IMG/VR virus record: IMGVR_UViG_3300031787_011371
Location: 1 to 64,000 of that record
Strand: one strand, 5' to 3'
DNA from: a virus
Length of the DNA stretch: 64,000 bases
The notes beneath the pieces were generated by a model that made no database searches, had not been told where the DNA came from, and saw only the letters and a list, made by a program, of their open reading frames with translations. Shown piece by piece: positions 8,845-18,698 of this stretch (its first letter is position 1; the number at the start of each line of letters is the position of its first letter). Position numbers and translations under genes: made by a program.

Positions 8845-10977
8845 TTATATTATTTTTTTTATCTTTTCTATTACTATATTCCCAGTAATAGATTTACTAC
8901 ATTCAAATTGTCTACTTGTTCCCTTATGTAATGGACACCAGTTCCAATCGCCCTTGTCAAACCTAAAATCAGGTTTCATCCAACAAGAATTGCACACTGA
9001 TTCATTTACTATTCTAGTACAATTACTTGAAAATTCATGTTCTTTATTTGTAAAATTAGAAATCAAAAAAACATGTTTAGACAAAGACCAGGCAAGCCAA
9101 GAAAGACCGCTAGATAATCCTATGAAGAATTTACATCCTTTAATACACCTAATTATTTCTTCCATAGAATATTCAGATAAATTTTGTACTCCCTTTAAGT
9201 CAGTTCCTTCTTTTGAAACATTATAAACTTTAAATCCTTTTGATATTAAAAAATCAACAACTTCTTGCCAACCAGTAGGATTATTCCAATACTTTAATCC
9301 TGCAGTTGAATGAGGAGCTATAACAACATAATCACTAAACATAAATGGCCATCGATTTATGTTTTTAGTATCTACAATTGGTTTTATTTCTTTGTAATCT
9401 AAACCTAAAATGTTAGTTGCAACTTTTTGTAGTGGTATTGTATTACAAAGTTCTGGTTCTAAATTAGAATCATAAAAACAGCCAACTTTATACATTGCAT
9501 ACAAATTTTCGACAACATCTCCTGGATTTATAAATTCTAATTCTTTATAAGAGCCTTTAAATAAATCATTTAAAAATGTAGAAACAACAACTTTACAATT
9601 GTGTTTCTTTCTAAATTCTTCAACATATGGAATCCAAGCAAGATTATCTCCAATAGAAGACGAATCAATTGCTATATAAACTTTTTTATTATTTAAATCT
9701 ATTTTTTTATCATAAACAATGTTTCCTTCTGTAGAAACCTTTATATGCCAATCGGTATAATATTGTTTATTTGGCTTACACCATTGACCAACTCCTATTT
9801 CTGTTGAAAATACTAATTCGTTATTAATAGAATCGAAAAACTCTACTTTATATTTTCTATTACTAATACCTTTTAATTCTACTTTTGCACCCATAACAAG
9901 ATTTATATCTATACCAATCTTTTCTATAGGTTCTCTATATACTTCACCTTTTCTTTTCTTGCTTGAATTGTATACATTTTTATATAATTCTTTAGTTTCT
10001 TTTGAATTATATTCTTTTTTAATGTTTATAATTGATTTATATGAGTCTATCAATCTATTAACTATTTTAGACCAATCGAAATTCTGCCTATCATCGTTAC
10101 ATTTATCAAGATAGCTAGGGTAATTTAATACAACTTTATTAATACCCTTAACAATAGATTCTGTATTTCTTGTCGTATTAACAAATGCTTTAATTTCTAA
10201 ACTGCCATCATAAACTCCAACGACTGGCATAAGACAAGAAATTGCCTCTAGTATCGTTAAATTAGGATGTCCCGCCTCTAATTCTGATGGATGTATAAAT
10301 ATAGAGTGACTTCTATATATTTCTAACAGCTCATCTTCAGATACGTTTCTTGTAATTAAATTCAACCCTTCATATTCCAATAAATCCTTATTGTTTTTAA
10401 AAAAGTTTAGATTATTTTCAGGTCCAACAATAGTAATTGGTAATCCCAACTCTTTAGCTGCCTCTATTGCATATCTAAAACCTTTTCTATCATAAGAATT
10501 GTCATCAGAATATCCGTTATTTGCAACACAAAGTAATTTAATATCCTGTTTGAACTTATCTTCATTTGAAGGGGTGAAATAAGTAATATCAACACCATGA
10601 CTAATATAGAACAGCTTATCTGTATTTTCAAAAAAGTCTACAAGAAATTCTGCATGGCAAAATGAAACAATAGAACCTTTAATGGCTTCTAAATTTTGTT
10701 TATATAATTCAGAATCTTTTCCATATCTATAAACATGATGGTCATGCAAAGAAAAAATATATGGAATTCCCATTTCTTTTGCTTCTAATGCTAAATTCGC
10801 AACATGAATATGTACTATATCGTATTCATTTTGTTTTATCTCATTTAAATATTTTATATCACATATATAACCTTTTGATTCAAAATTTAATTTATAATTC
10901 CAAATCACTTTTTCAATTGCCCCCCATCCATTAGGTGGTATTGTTATTATTCCTGGTGTTATTTGTGTTATTCTCAT
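8845..10977 (-). CDS. GT4 glycosyltransferase fused to a TibC/Aah-like (autotransporter strand-loop-strand O-heptosyltransferase) module
   Basis: N-half GT4 (GWGAIE, PSELEAGHPNLTILEAISC). C-half has SSSIGDNLAWIPYVEEFRKKHNC, FIGLSSGLSWLAW and the Cys cluster CNSCW..CPLH..FECSK typical of iron-binding TibC-family enzymes. Confidence 0.75.
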   Translation of the reverse strand: MRITQITPGIITIPPNGWGAIEKVIWNYKLNFESKGYICDIKYLNEIKQNEYDIVHIHVANLALEAKEMGIPYIFSLHDHHVYRYGKDSELYKQNLEAIKGSIVSFCHAEFLVDFFENTDKLFYISHGVDITYFTPSNEDKFKQDIKLLCVANNGYSDDNSYDRKGFRYAIEAAKELGLPITIVGPENNLNFFKNNKDLLEYEGLNLITRNVSEDELLEIYRSHSIFIHPSELEAGHPNLTILEAISCLMPVVGVYDGSLEIKAFVNTTRNTESIVKGINKVVLNYPSYLDKCNDDRQNFDWSKIVNRLIDSYKSIINIKKEYNSKETKELYKNVYNSSKKRKGEVYREPIEKIGIDINLVMGAKVELKGISNRKYKVEFFDSINNELVFSTEIGVGQWCKPNKQYYTDWHIKVSTEGNIVYDKKIDLNNKKVYIAIDSSSIGDNLAWIPYVEEFRKKHNCKVVVSTFLNDLFKGSYKELEFINPGDVVENLYAMYKVGCFYDSNLEPELCNTIPLQKVATNILGLDYKEIKPIVDTKNINRWPFMFSDYVVIAPHSTAGLKYWNNPTGWQEVVDFLISKGFKVYNVSKEGTDLKGVQNLSEYSMEEIIRCIKGCKFFIGLSSGLSWLAWSLSKHVFLISNFTNKEHEFSSNCTRIVNESVCNSCWMKPDFRFDKGDWNWCPLHKGTSRQFECSKSITGNIVIEKIKKII

Positions 10978-12725
10978 CTTAAAACAATATATGAATTTAT
11001 GTCTTTATTTTCTTTTGCAAATATAAGATTTTCTTTTTCAAAAATCTCTATTTTTTTTGTGTTATTAGGCAATAAATTATAAGACCAAGTATTTTTGCCG
11101 TATAAAATATGCTCTATTTTCAATTCTTCTCCATTATCGTCATTGTACTTTATTACTCTATTTACGTCTGAATCTCTGTAATTATAGCTTAAAACTGCTA
11201 TTCCATCAATTGGATTCATATTTATATCAAAAACTTTATAAAACTCAGTTGTACATCCATTATATTTACTGTTTAAGCTACTTTCAGAAGTTACTGTATT
11301 CCATTTTGTTTCTCCAAAATCTGTAATCATGTCAGAGTTAGTTCTAATTATTAAATCATCAACAACAGAATTAAGGTTAAGTCTAACATATTGTTCTACT
11401 ATTTTAAAAACTCTTGGCTCAAAATTTCTTTCAAGATATTGAATATAATCATCTTCTGAATAAATGTTTTTTACGTTTTTAACAAAAAAATCAATTTCAC
11501 AAAAGAAATAATGAAATGAAATATCATCTTCATTAAAATAAAACAAACCTTTTTTATTATAATTATCACATAAGTTTGGAATGTTTTTCATAAAATTAAA
11601 TCCTTCTTCTCCTATAATTGCGTCAACTTCTATTCTTTGAAAATATTTATAACCTAAACTTGAAGCTATATTTAAAGCTCTAAATAAATTTATCATTACA
11701 GATAATCCATGCTTCTGTAAACCATTATTTATTATTTCATATATATCTATTGTATCATTTCTTTTCCATAAAACAAATGGTTCAGTATCAAATTTTTCTT
11801 CAGAAAATAATTTATTATTTTTATCATAGAAATAAAAATCTACTAAATCTATTATTTCTTTTTTAATTGTTGTATTTGAAATTAATAATACATCATTATT
11901 ATTTTCTTTTAATGATTTTACACATTCAAAAAGTCTATTTTCTATTTCTTCAGAATGTACATAACAATCTATTATTGTAATTGGTTTAAGTTTTAAATTC
12001 ATACTATTTTTATGTCTTTCTTTTAATAAATTCTTCATTGATTCATGAGTTTTTTCTTTTTCATCACTATTAAGAGAAGTTAGTACTCCTCCAAAATGTT
12101 CTCTATAAACTCCACCATACCAATCATCATTTTTAATTAATCCATGTAAAGACAATTCATAATTTAATGCGTAATCAAGATAAGGTAATTTATCCATATA
12201 ATCTTTATATATGCCTTTTATGTTTCTAAATACTCTTCCGAAACCAACATAATTGTTATCAAAAAGTTGTTCAGTTTTTACCGTTTCAAATAAAGACCAA
12301 AATGTAGAAACTCCATCTCCTGGTATATATTCATTTTCACCCCTTAATATACAATATCCAGTTCCATACATAACATAATCTTTATTTTCATCAAGAAAAT
12401 CAACTTGTTTTTGAAGTTTATATGGGTCTACATAATAGTCATCTCCATCCAAATATGCTACATATTCTCCTTTGGCTTGCTCAAGTAAAAATCTAATATT
12501 TTTATGAACTCCCCAATTTTCTGTAGCTTCATGAACTATTAAATTTGGAAAATAATTTTTTAATCTTAATAATATTTTATCAGAACCATCTTTAGAAAAA
12601 TCATCTCTAACTATAACTTCATAGTCAAAATTAGTTTTTTGATTAAGAACAGTCAATAAATTTACTTCTAAAAATTTAGCAAATTTATAAGCTGGTATTA
12701 TTACGCTTAATTTTATGGTCTCCAT
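10974..12725 (-). CDS. GT2 glycosyltransferase with an additional C-terminal domain
   Basis: SVIIPAY, DDFSKD, AYLDGDDY, KLQKQVDFL. Confidence 0.85.
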   Translation of the reverse strand: METIKLSVIIPAYKFAKFLEVNLLTVLNQKTNFDYEVIVRDDFSKDGSDKILLRLKNYFPNLIVHEATENWGVHKNIRFLLEQAKGEYVAYLDGDDYYVDPYKLQKQVDFLDENKDYVMYGTGYCILRGENEYIPGDGVSTFWSLFETVKTEQLFDNNYVGFGRVFRNIKGIYKDYMDKLPYLDYALNYELSLHGLIKNDDWYGGVYREHFGGVLTSLNSDEKEKTHESMKNLLKERHKNSMNLKLKPITIIDCYVHSEEIENRLFECVKSLKENNNDVLLISNTTIKKEIIDLVDFYFYDKNNKLFSEEKFDTEPFVLWKRNDTIDIYEIINNGLQKHGLSVMINLFRALNIASSLGYKYFQRIEVDAIIGEEGFNFMKNIPNLCDNYNKKGLFYFNEDDISFHYFFCEIDFFVKNVKNIYSEDDYIQYLERNFEPRVFKIVEQYVRLNLNSVVDDLIIRTNSDMITDFGETKWNTVTSESSLNSKYNGCTTEFYKVFDINMNPIDGIAVLSYNYRDSDVNRVIKYNDDNGEELKIEHILYGKNTWSYNLLPNNTKKIEIFEKENLIFAKENKDINSYIVLR

Positions 12726-13348
12726 ATTCCTATGCCTCCAAATCCCTGTGAGTGTACACCGTTTAACTTAACCTTTCCAGACGATTTTGTACAAACTAAA
12801 TTTGTTTTTGTGCCTTCATTTAAATCTTCCCAAAACTTATATACTTGTCCAGCATAACTATCTGCAAATATATGATTTGGGTCTATATCGTGAAATGCTA
12901 TTACACCTCTTGGAGATAGTAATTTTTTGTAAATTTCAAAATCTCTTCTTACTCCATCATATGTATGGTCTCCATCAATAAAAATAAAATCAAATTGTGG
13001 GCAAAAATCTTTTACTTTATTAAACATTTCTTCAGTTTGAGAATTGCCTTGAAAAAATTTCCATTCTTCACCATACATAAAATGATGTATTATAGCCTCT
13101 CTTGGCTCTATGTCTATTGATACTTTTTTTCCTGTGGACAATTTTGACATAATCCAAAAGGTTGAACCCATAGTTCCAATCTCAAGAATGTTATGAGGCT
13201 TAAATCCTTTCATCCAATATGATAAATTTAATATTTCTTCATATACCTGCATAAATATGCATCTATCCATTAATTCTGCATTTAAACAGTAGTCAACCAA
13301 TTTTTTTGGGTCTAATAGCAATTTGTCTTTTTCTTTTTCTTCATTCAT
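12713..13348 (-). CDS. Class I SAM methyltransferase (Methyltransf_24-like)
   Basis: ILEIGT, FDFIFIDGDHTYDGV, IAFHD. The ATG at 13348 is preferred over the TTG at 13378. Confidence 0.8.
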   Translation of the reverse strand: MNEEKEKDKLLLDPKKLVDYCLNAELMDRCIFMQVYEEILNLSYWMKGFKPHNILEIGTMGSTFWIMSKLSTGKKVSIDIEPREAIIHHFMYGEEWKFFQGNSQTEEMFNKVKDFCPQFDFIFIDGDHTYDGVRRDFEIYKKLLSPRGVIAFHDIDPNHIFADSYAGQVYKFWEDLNEGTKTNLVCTKSSGKVKLNGVHSQGFGGIGIWRP

Positions 13349-13383
13349 TTTTATTAATTTTAATATTTTATAAATCAATTTTA

Positions 13384-14193
13384 TTAATTACAATTATTTA
13401 GAGTATAAGAACTTTGGCTTTCGTCCCAAGCCAAATTTATTACCATAAATTTTTCGTGACAATATGTTTTCCATTTTTTAGACCATCTTATTGCAAATTC
13501 AAGTTCTGTCCTCATATTGTTTATGTCATAACTTGTAGAAAACTCTCCAATTGACAAAAGTTTGTTTACATCATGAATACCAGGCCTTAAAGAAAAATGT
13601 GGCCAATTTATATACATCATCCAAAAATTATCTCCATTAAGAGCTTGTATTGCAGAAGATTCGTCTTTGAATAAATGCATATTTAATGGTAATTCTGGCT
13701 TATAAATCCATTCCCAAAAACAAATATTATTAACACGGAAAGTTTTAGGTTTATATTCATTTGGGAATTTTTTGTATGATTGAAAATAACTTACATAACC
13801 ACAATCATCATTAAAATTTAAAACTCTAATACCAGTTTCTATATCAAAAAAATCAACAAACAAATAATCGTCTTCAAGATGAAAACAAAAATCTGTATTT
13901 GTTTCATCCAAAACTTCTCTCCATCTATTTAATATTCTTGAATGTCTATAAGAATCTGGGAATGTGTCTTGATAAAAATGTTCTATTATTAAGTTTTTTT
14001 CTGGAAATAGTTCTTTTAATAATTTTTCCATTTCTAATTTATCTTCTTCTTTTGAAGAATCATCAAAAAATATTACATTGTCTATCTCATCTAAATCTCT
14101 ACAAAAAACAACGAAAGACTTAAGCACTCTTTTAAGTAGAGGTAATCTTTTACATGAAGTTATTGAAAGTGATACTGTTTTATTTAGAATCAT
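13384..14193 (-). CDS. GT-A fold glycosyltransferase-like protein
   Basis: ITSCKRL, FDDSS and HLEDDY motifs; lies in the GT operon. Confidence 0.6.
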   Translation of the reverse strand: MILNKTVSLSITSCKRLPLLKRVLKSFVVFCRDLDEIDNVIFFDDSSKEEDKLEMEKLLKELFPEKNLIIEHFYQDTFPDSYRHSRILNRWREVLDETNTDFCFHLEDDYLFVDFFDIETGIRVLNFNDDCGYVSYFQSYKKFPNEYKPKTFRVNNICFWEWIYKPELPLNMHLFKDESSAIQALNGDNFWMMYINWPHFSLRPGIHDVNKLLSIGEFSTSYDINNMRTELEFAIRWSKKWKTYCHEKFMVINLAWDESQSSYTLNNCN

Positions 14194-14199
14194 AATTAT

Positions 14200-14784
14200 T
14201 TATTTTATTTTTGCTGGCACACCTACGTAAATTCCTGATTTAATAGCATCTTTAACTAAGCATGCTAAAGCTCCTACTGTTATATTATCTTTAATTGAAA
14301 CTTTTTCTTTTATGACTGAATTTGAGCCTAAATATACATAATTGCCAATTTCAACATTCCCAGAAACTATTGACCCTGGCATGGCGCTAAAAAAATCTCC
14401 TATTTTAGAGTCATGACCTATTTGAACTCCTCTGTTCAATATTGCATGTTTACCTATGTTTACATTACAAGTTATCATACTGTTAGCTCCAATGAAACTT
14501 CCTTCTCCTACCTTAAAATCTTGTCCAAATATTTGTGCGCTTGGATGTATAAAAGTAAAAAATTTAGTTTCTTTTGGTAGTTTGTCAAAAATTTTTTTTC
14601 TATCTTCTGAATCTCCAACAGCTATCATTATTGTATATTTATTTGGGTCAAATTCAGACAATGGTTTAACGTTTGAATCCGAATTATCCCAATATTCATC
14701 ATCAACAAATCTAATCATTGTTTTTAAGTTCATCTGAGCTATAACTTCTCTAGCATGACCTCCGTTTCCTATTAATGCTTTCAT
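14200..14784 (-). CDS. Sugar acetyltransferase, PglD/NeuD family (hexapeptide repeat)
   Basis: IGNGGHARE, IHPSA, hexapeptide repeats, IGHD, GVPAK. Confidence 0.9.
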   Translation of the reverse strand: MKALIGNGGHAREVIAQMNLKTMIRFVDDEYWDNSDSNVKPLSEFDPNKYTIMIAVGDSEDRKKIFDKLPKETKFFTFIHPSAQIFGQDFKVGEGSFIGANSMITCNVNIGKHAILNRGVQIGHDSKIGDFFSAMPGSIVSGNVEIGNYVYLGSNSVIKEKVSIKDNITVGALACLVKDAIKSGIYVGVPAKIK

Positions 14785-15410
14785 TGTTTATAAATTTCAT
14801 ATTTTGATAAATCTGGATATGGCAATTCTAAGTCTTCCATTTGTTTTTTTGAACCGTCTAAATTATAAAATTGAGGCATCATATGTAGACCTCTTGCGGC
14901 CAACTCTGGAATCATGTAAAAGTTCCATCCTAGCATATCAAAATAATCATCATGATAAGAACACTCCCTTCTACCGCTAAACCTTGCTCTTTTGAACCAT
15001 AGATATGCTTCATAGTCATCTGTTAGTATTGCACCTCCTTTTGATAATTTTAAATGCTTATATGGACCTGTAAAAGATATACACATATGAGTTCCTTTTA
15101 TGTACATGTCTGCAGTAAATCTAAGTGCAGAATCCCAAACTTTTGTTGGCTTAAGTTGATAAGCTCCTTTTATTGTTTTTTTATTTGTTTTTATAAATTT
15201 TACTTTTCCTCCTGCATGTATTATTTCGCAAGGAACAGAAGGGTATGTTCTTGATGGTATTTCAATTTCTTGGTCTTTTATCTTCTCGTAATAAAGTGCC
15301 AAAAATAATGCGTTACTCATATTATCAAGAGCGATAACATAAGGTGCTCCAGTATAATCGCTTAAAGCTTTTTCGAATTCTTCTGTTATTTTATGTACTC
15401 CGTTTGCCAT
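14781..15410 (-). CDS. Short DegT/DnrJ/EryC1-type PLP sugar aminotransferase
   Basis: EFEKALSDYTG, ALFLAL, DSA, SF..(P)YKHL, GGAILTDD, GWNFYM; only 209 aa. Confidence 0.75.
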   Translation of the reverse strand: MANGVHKITEEFEKALSDYTGAPYVIALDNMSNALFLALYYEKIKDQEIEIPSRTYPSVPCEIIHAGGKVKFIKTNKKTIKGAYQLKPTKVWDSALRFTADMYIKGTHMCISFTGPYKHLKLSKGGAILTDDYEAYLWFKRARFSGRRECSYHDDYFDMLGWNFYMIPELAARGLHMMPQFYNLDGSKKQMEDLELPYPDLSKYEIYKQ

Positions 15411-15434
15411 AATATTAAAAATTGTTAAATATTT

Positions 15435-16712
15435 TTAATTCTTACAAAAAATTAAATTATCTATAGTTTTATGAAGTAATTTAAAATTCATATCTTTTAG
15501 GTATGAAATAATTTGTAACTCAGTATTTTCATCTATGAATTCAATACAAATTAATTTAACATTAAATTTTATTAAATCTATTTGTTTTAAAACTATAAAA
15601 TCATAACCTTCACAATCAATATTTATAAAATCAAAATTATATTCTTCTAAATTTTCTTTTTTTATAAAATCACTAAAAGTATAGAAGTCACAAAAAACTT
15701 CAGTCCAATTCATGCCTGTAAATCTATTCCTTTCATCAGAAATTAGAGTTGATAGAATTGATGCTGGAGCTTCACTGTTAACCCAGTCTCCGCTTTCGTA
15801 AAATTTTAATTTACCTGTTATATCAGATATTCCATAATTACACAGTAATATTTTTTCATTATTAATGTAATTGTCTTTTAGTTTATTAAATGCTTTAACG
15901 CTAGGTTCAAGGCAGACTCCAGACCAACCATTTAGTGACAAACTGTATGTATTACTAAAAGAAATTCCATCATTAGCTCCAATGTCTAAAAATCTTAATT
16001 TAGATGAGTCTTGATTTTCAAAATATTTTTCTATTATTTCTTGTTCTTCATTTTGAGAATAAATTATTTTTTCGGTAGACTTTATATAATAATTGTCGCC
16101 CCAAGAACCTCCATTAACAACAAACCAATATTCTTTGTGGAATCCAAATTCTTTTAAATAATCACTAATTTCTTGTTCTGTAGGATTTCCCACATACATT
16201 TCTCCAAAATTTATTTCAACCTTAATAACTTTTAAATTTTGACTTTTTAATAAATCGCCCATACCATTTAAAATTTTCAAATCGGCACCTTGACAATCTA
16301 AAACAAGCATATCTATTTCATTCCAATAAAAATCATTTTGCTTTTTTATATATTCATCAAACCTTTTTGCTATAGAAAACATTTTATCGGTAACACATAT
16401 TTCTGGATATGATTCAATGCATTTTTTGCCAATATCCATAAAAGAAGAACTTTCTTCATTATTTGTAATATTAAAAACTACTAATTGGTCATTTGAATCA
16501 GAAAGAACTAAAGGTATATAAACATTTTCAAAATTAAATTTTGAAGTATTTTTAATAAGTCTATTTAATAAATTATAGTTTCCCTCAACCCACACAACTT
16601 TCTCAACACCCAAAGTATCATATGAACTAGATTCTTGTCCAATACAAGCTCCTATATGACAAACATTTTTAATGTTATAATTTATAATTATATCTTTTTC
16701 TATCTGCTCCAT
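15435..16712 (-). CDS. Tandem FkbM-family methyltransferase (two domains)
   Basis: HIGACIG...LDCQGADL and FLDIGANDG...IDCEGYD. Confidence 0.85.
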   Translation of the reverse strand: MEQIEKDIIINYNIKNVCHIGACIGQESSSYDTLGVEKVVWVEGNYNLLNRLIKNTSKFNFENVYIPLVLSDSNDQLVVFNITNNEESSSFMDIGKKCIESYPEICVTDKMFSIAKRFDEYIKKQNDFYWNEIDMLVLDCQGADLKILNGMGDLLKSQNLKVIKVEINFGEMYVGNPTEQEISDYLKEFGFHKEYWFVVNGGSWGDNYYIKSTEKIIYSQNEEQEIIEKYFENQDSSKLRFLDIGANDGISFSNTYSLSLNGWSGVCLEPSVKAFNKLKDNYINNEKILLCNYGISDITGKLKFYESGDWVNSEAPASILSTLISDERNRFTGMNWTEVFCDFYTFSDFIKKENLEEYNFDFINIDCEGYDFIVLKQIDLIKFNVKLICIEFIDENTELQIISYLKDMNFKLLHKTIDNLIFCKN

Positions 16713-18649
16713 TATTTTTTTCTTTTTGTAACAAGAACTCCGTGTTCACAATTAATATCAACTTTTAATTTATTTGCCATATCTAATTTATAGAATTCAC
16801 ATTCAAAACCATAAGATTCAAGCTTATCTACCATATCTCTAAGTTGACCTTTGTTTTGGTGGAATTCTATTAAAAATTTATCAATAATATTCATATGTTC
16901 AGGAGTTAAGGATTTAATTAAATCATATTCCCCTCCTTCAATATCACATTTAAATAATGATATTCTTTCAATATTGTTTTCTGCTACAATTTCATTCATT
17001 GTAACTGTTTCAAGTTCCATTGTTGAGTCTAATTCTTCATAGCCACTTACACTAGAATCCATCACTATTGTGCCTATTGTTGAATTTGAACTTGAATAAT
17101 TGAAATTTACAATTTTCTTTTCCTCAAACAGCGGAGCTAAATATACAGGAGACCTCTCTAAATCTGAACCCATAACAGTCTCTATACTCTTCTTTATGAG
17201 TGGATTTGCTTCTACTAATATAACTTTCTTTGCATTTTTGCTGTACATATACTTTGCAAATAAACCGATATTTGCCCCAATATCCAACACTAAATCTAAA
17301 TCATTAAGATTGAAACCACCGTAAATATCATCCGCAAAAAACTCTATATAATTTCTATAGCTACAATCAAATGGCATAAAACTTATAGGAGCAAGTCTTG
17401 GTAGTATATCGTTTACAACAATTGTCTCCGAGTGCTTTAGATTATTGTTTTCATCATAGAAATCAAGTAAAAAACCTCTAAAGTTTGGGTTTTGATAAAA
17501 TTTAAAGATGTGAGCTGGGATTGGGATAATAAACCAACCAGTATCTTTTGAAGCTTGAAATTCGAACCAATACATCGGTGCTCCAGAAGTCATACATTTC
17601 ACAGAAACATTCAATTTTATTGGAGTTTCTCCATGATAGTTTATTGTTATTTTATTTTCATCTCGCTCGTAAGCAGTACTAAATAAGCCATTCATATTTT
17701 CTAATTTAAATAATTTAATAATTTTTTGTGCATCCTCATCTAAGTCACCACTTAAGAACGTTATATTTTCATAGTTATCATATTTGCCACAATAGACATC
17801 AAGATTAAACATCATCATTGGCATATTATATTCTAGAGCCTCTTTTATAGCTATAGGGTTTAATTCTTTATTATTTTTATCTCCTCTTGAAGTAAATAAA
17901 AATAAATCACTAGCTTCTAAAAAGTCATTTACATCTGACCTTTCACCCCAAACAATACAATTTTCTGGTTTATTTGTCATTAACGGCTTCCAATAATCTG
18001 CAAAATTATCAGCTTGATTTCCTATAAAATGAAATTTAATTTTAAAGTCTTCTAACTTTTTAGCTAACTCAAAAATATATTTTTGGTTTTTTCTTGGAGT
18101 AAACAATCCAACATTTACAACATGCTTCCAGCTTTTATCAAATGACAACTTATCTTTAGCATAAGGATTTTTGTTTCTAAAATTTACAGGATATTCAATT
18201 ATATTATATGGAATATCAAAATTTAAATATCTAAGAGCGTTAAAAATAGAAACAAAGATAAAACTATCAGGAAGCCATCTTTTATGTTCAGGATTAAAAG
18301 AAGAATCATGAGTTGTTTCGTATATTACATATTTCCTATCATTTTTGTAAATTTTTTCAGTTAATGAGTCATTCATGAAAAATTCAGGAAACTCTTCCAT
18401 GGATATTATGTCTGGTTGGAAATCTTCTATAATATCAATCAAATCAAATTTATTTTCTCCTAAAGATATAAATTTATTTCCTAATATAGATGAAATTTTA
18501 TTTCTTTGTACAACGAATTCAGGAGCAACGAAATCATGCTCAATACACATAATTTCATATTCGTCTCTAAGCATTTCTATTTTACTTAAAGTAAATTGTG
18601 GAGCTCCGCCAGTAGATAAATGTGGTGTTATGAATAATATTTTTTTCAT
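16712..18649 (-). CDS. GT4 glycosyltransferase - FkbM methyltransferase fusion
   Basis: PHLSTGGAPQ, RKNQ, ELNPIAIKEA; C-terminal LDIGANIG...KCDIEGGE. Confidence 0.85.
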   Translation of the reverse strand: MKKILFITPHLSTGGAPQFTLSKIEMLRDEYEIMCIEHDFVAPEFVVQRNKISSILGNKFISLGENKFDLIDIIEDFQPDIISMEEFPEFFMNDSLTEKIYKNDRKYVIYETTHDSSFNPEHKRWLPDSFIFVSIFNALRYLNFDIPYNIIEYPVNFRNKNPYAKDKLSFDKSWKHVVNVGLFTPRKNQKYIFELAKKLEDFKIKFHFIGNQADNFADYWKPLMTNKPENCIVWGERSDVNDFLEASDLFLFTSRGDKNNKELNPIAIKEALEYNMPMMMFNLDVYCGKYDNYENITFLSGDLDEDAQKIIKLFKLENMNGLFSTAYERDENKITINYHGETPIKLNVSVKCMTSGAPMYWFEFQASKDTGWFIIPIPAHIFKFYQNPNFRGFLLDFYDENNNLKHSETIVVNDILPRLAPISFMPFDCSYRNYIEFFADDIYGGFNLNDLDLVLDIGANIGLFAKYMYSKNAKKVILVEANPLIKKSIETVMGSDLERSPVYLAPLFEEKKIVNFNYSSSNSTIGTIVMDSSVSGYEELDSTMELETVTMNEIVAENNIERISLFKCDIEGGEYDLIKSLTPEHMNIIDKFLIEFHQNKGQLRDMVDKLESYGFECEFYKLDMANKLKVDINCEHGVLVTKRKK

Positions 18650-18653
18650 ATAA

Positions 18654-18684
18654 CAAATATACGAAAAAAATATATGTTTTCAAA
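18654..18684 (-). promoter_or_regulatory. Bacteroidota-type sigma70 promoter of glycosylation operon 1
   Basis: The minus strand reads TTTG-N19-TATATTTG, 5 nt from the ATG at 18649. Confidence 0.75.
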
Positions 18685-18698
18685 TGTTTATAAAGAAT

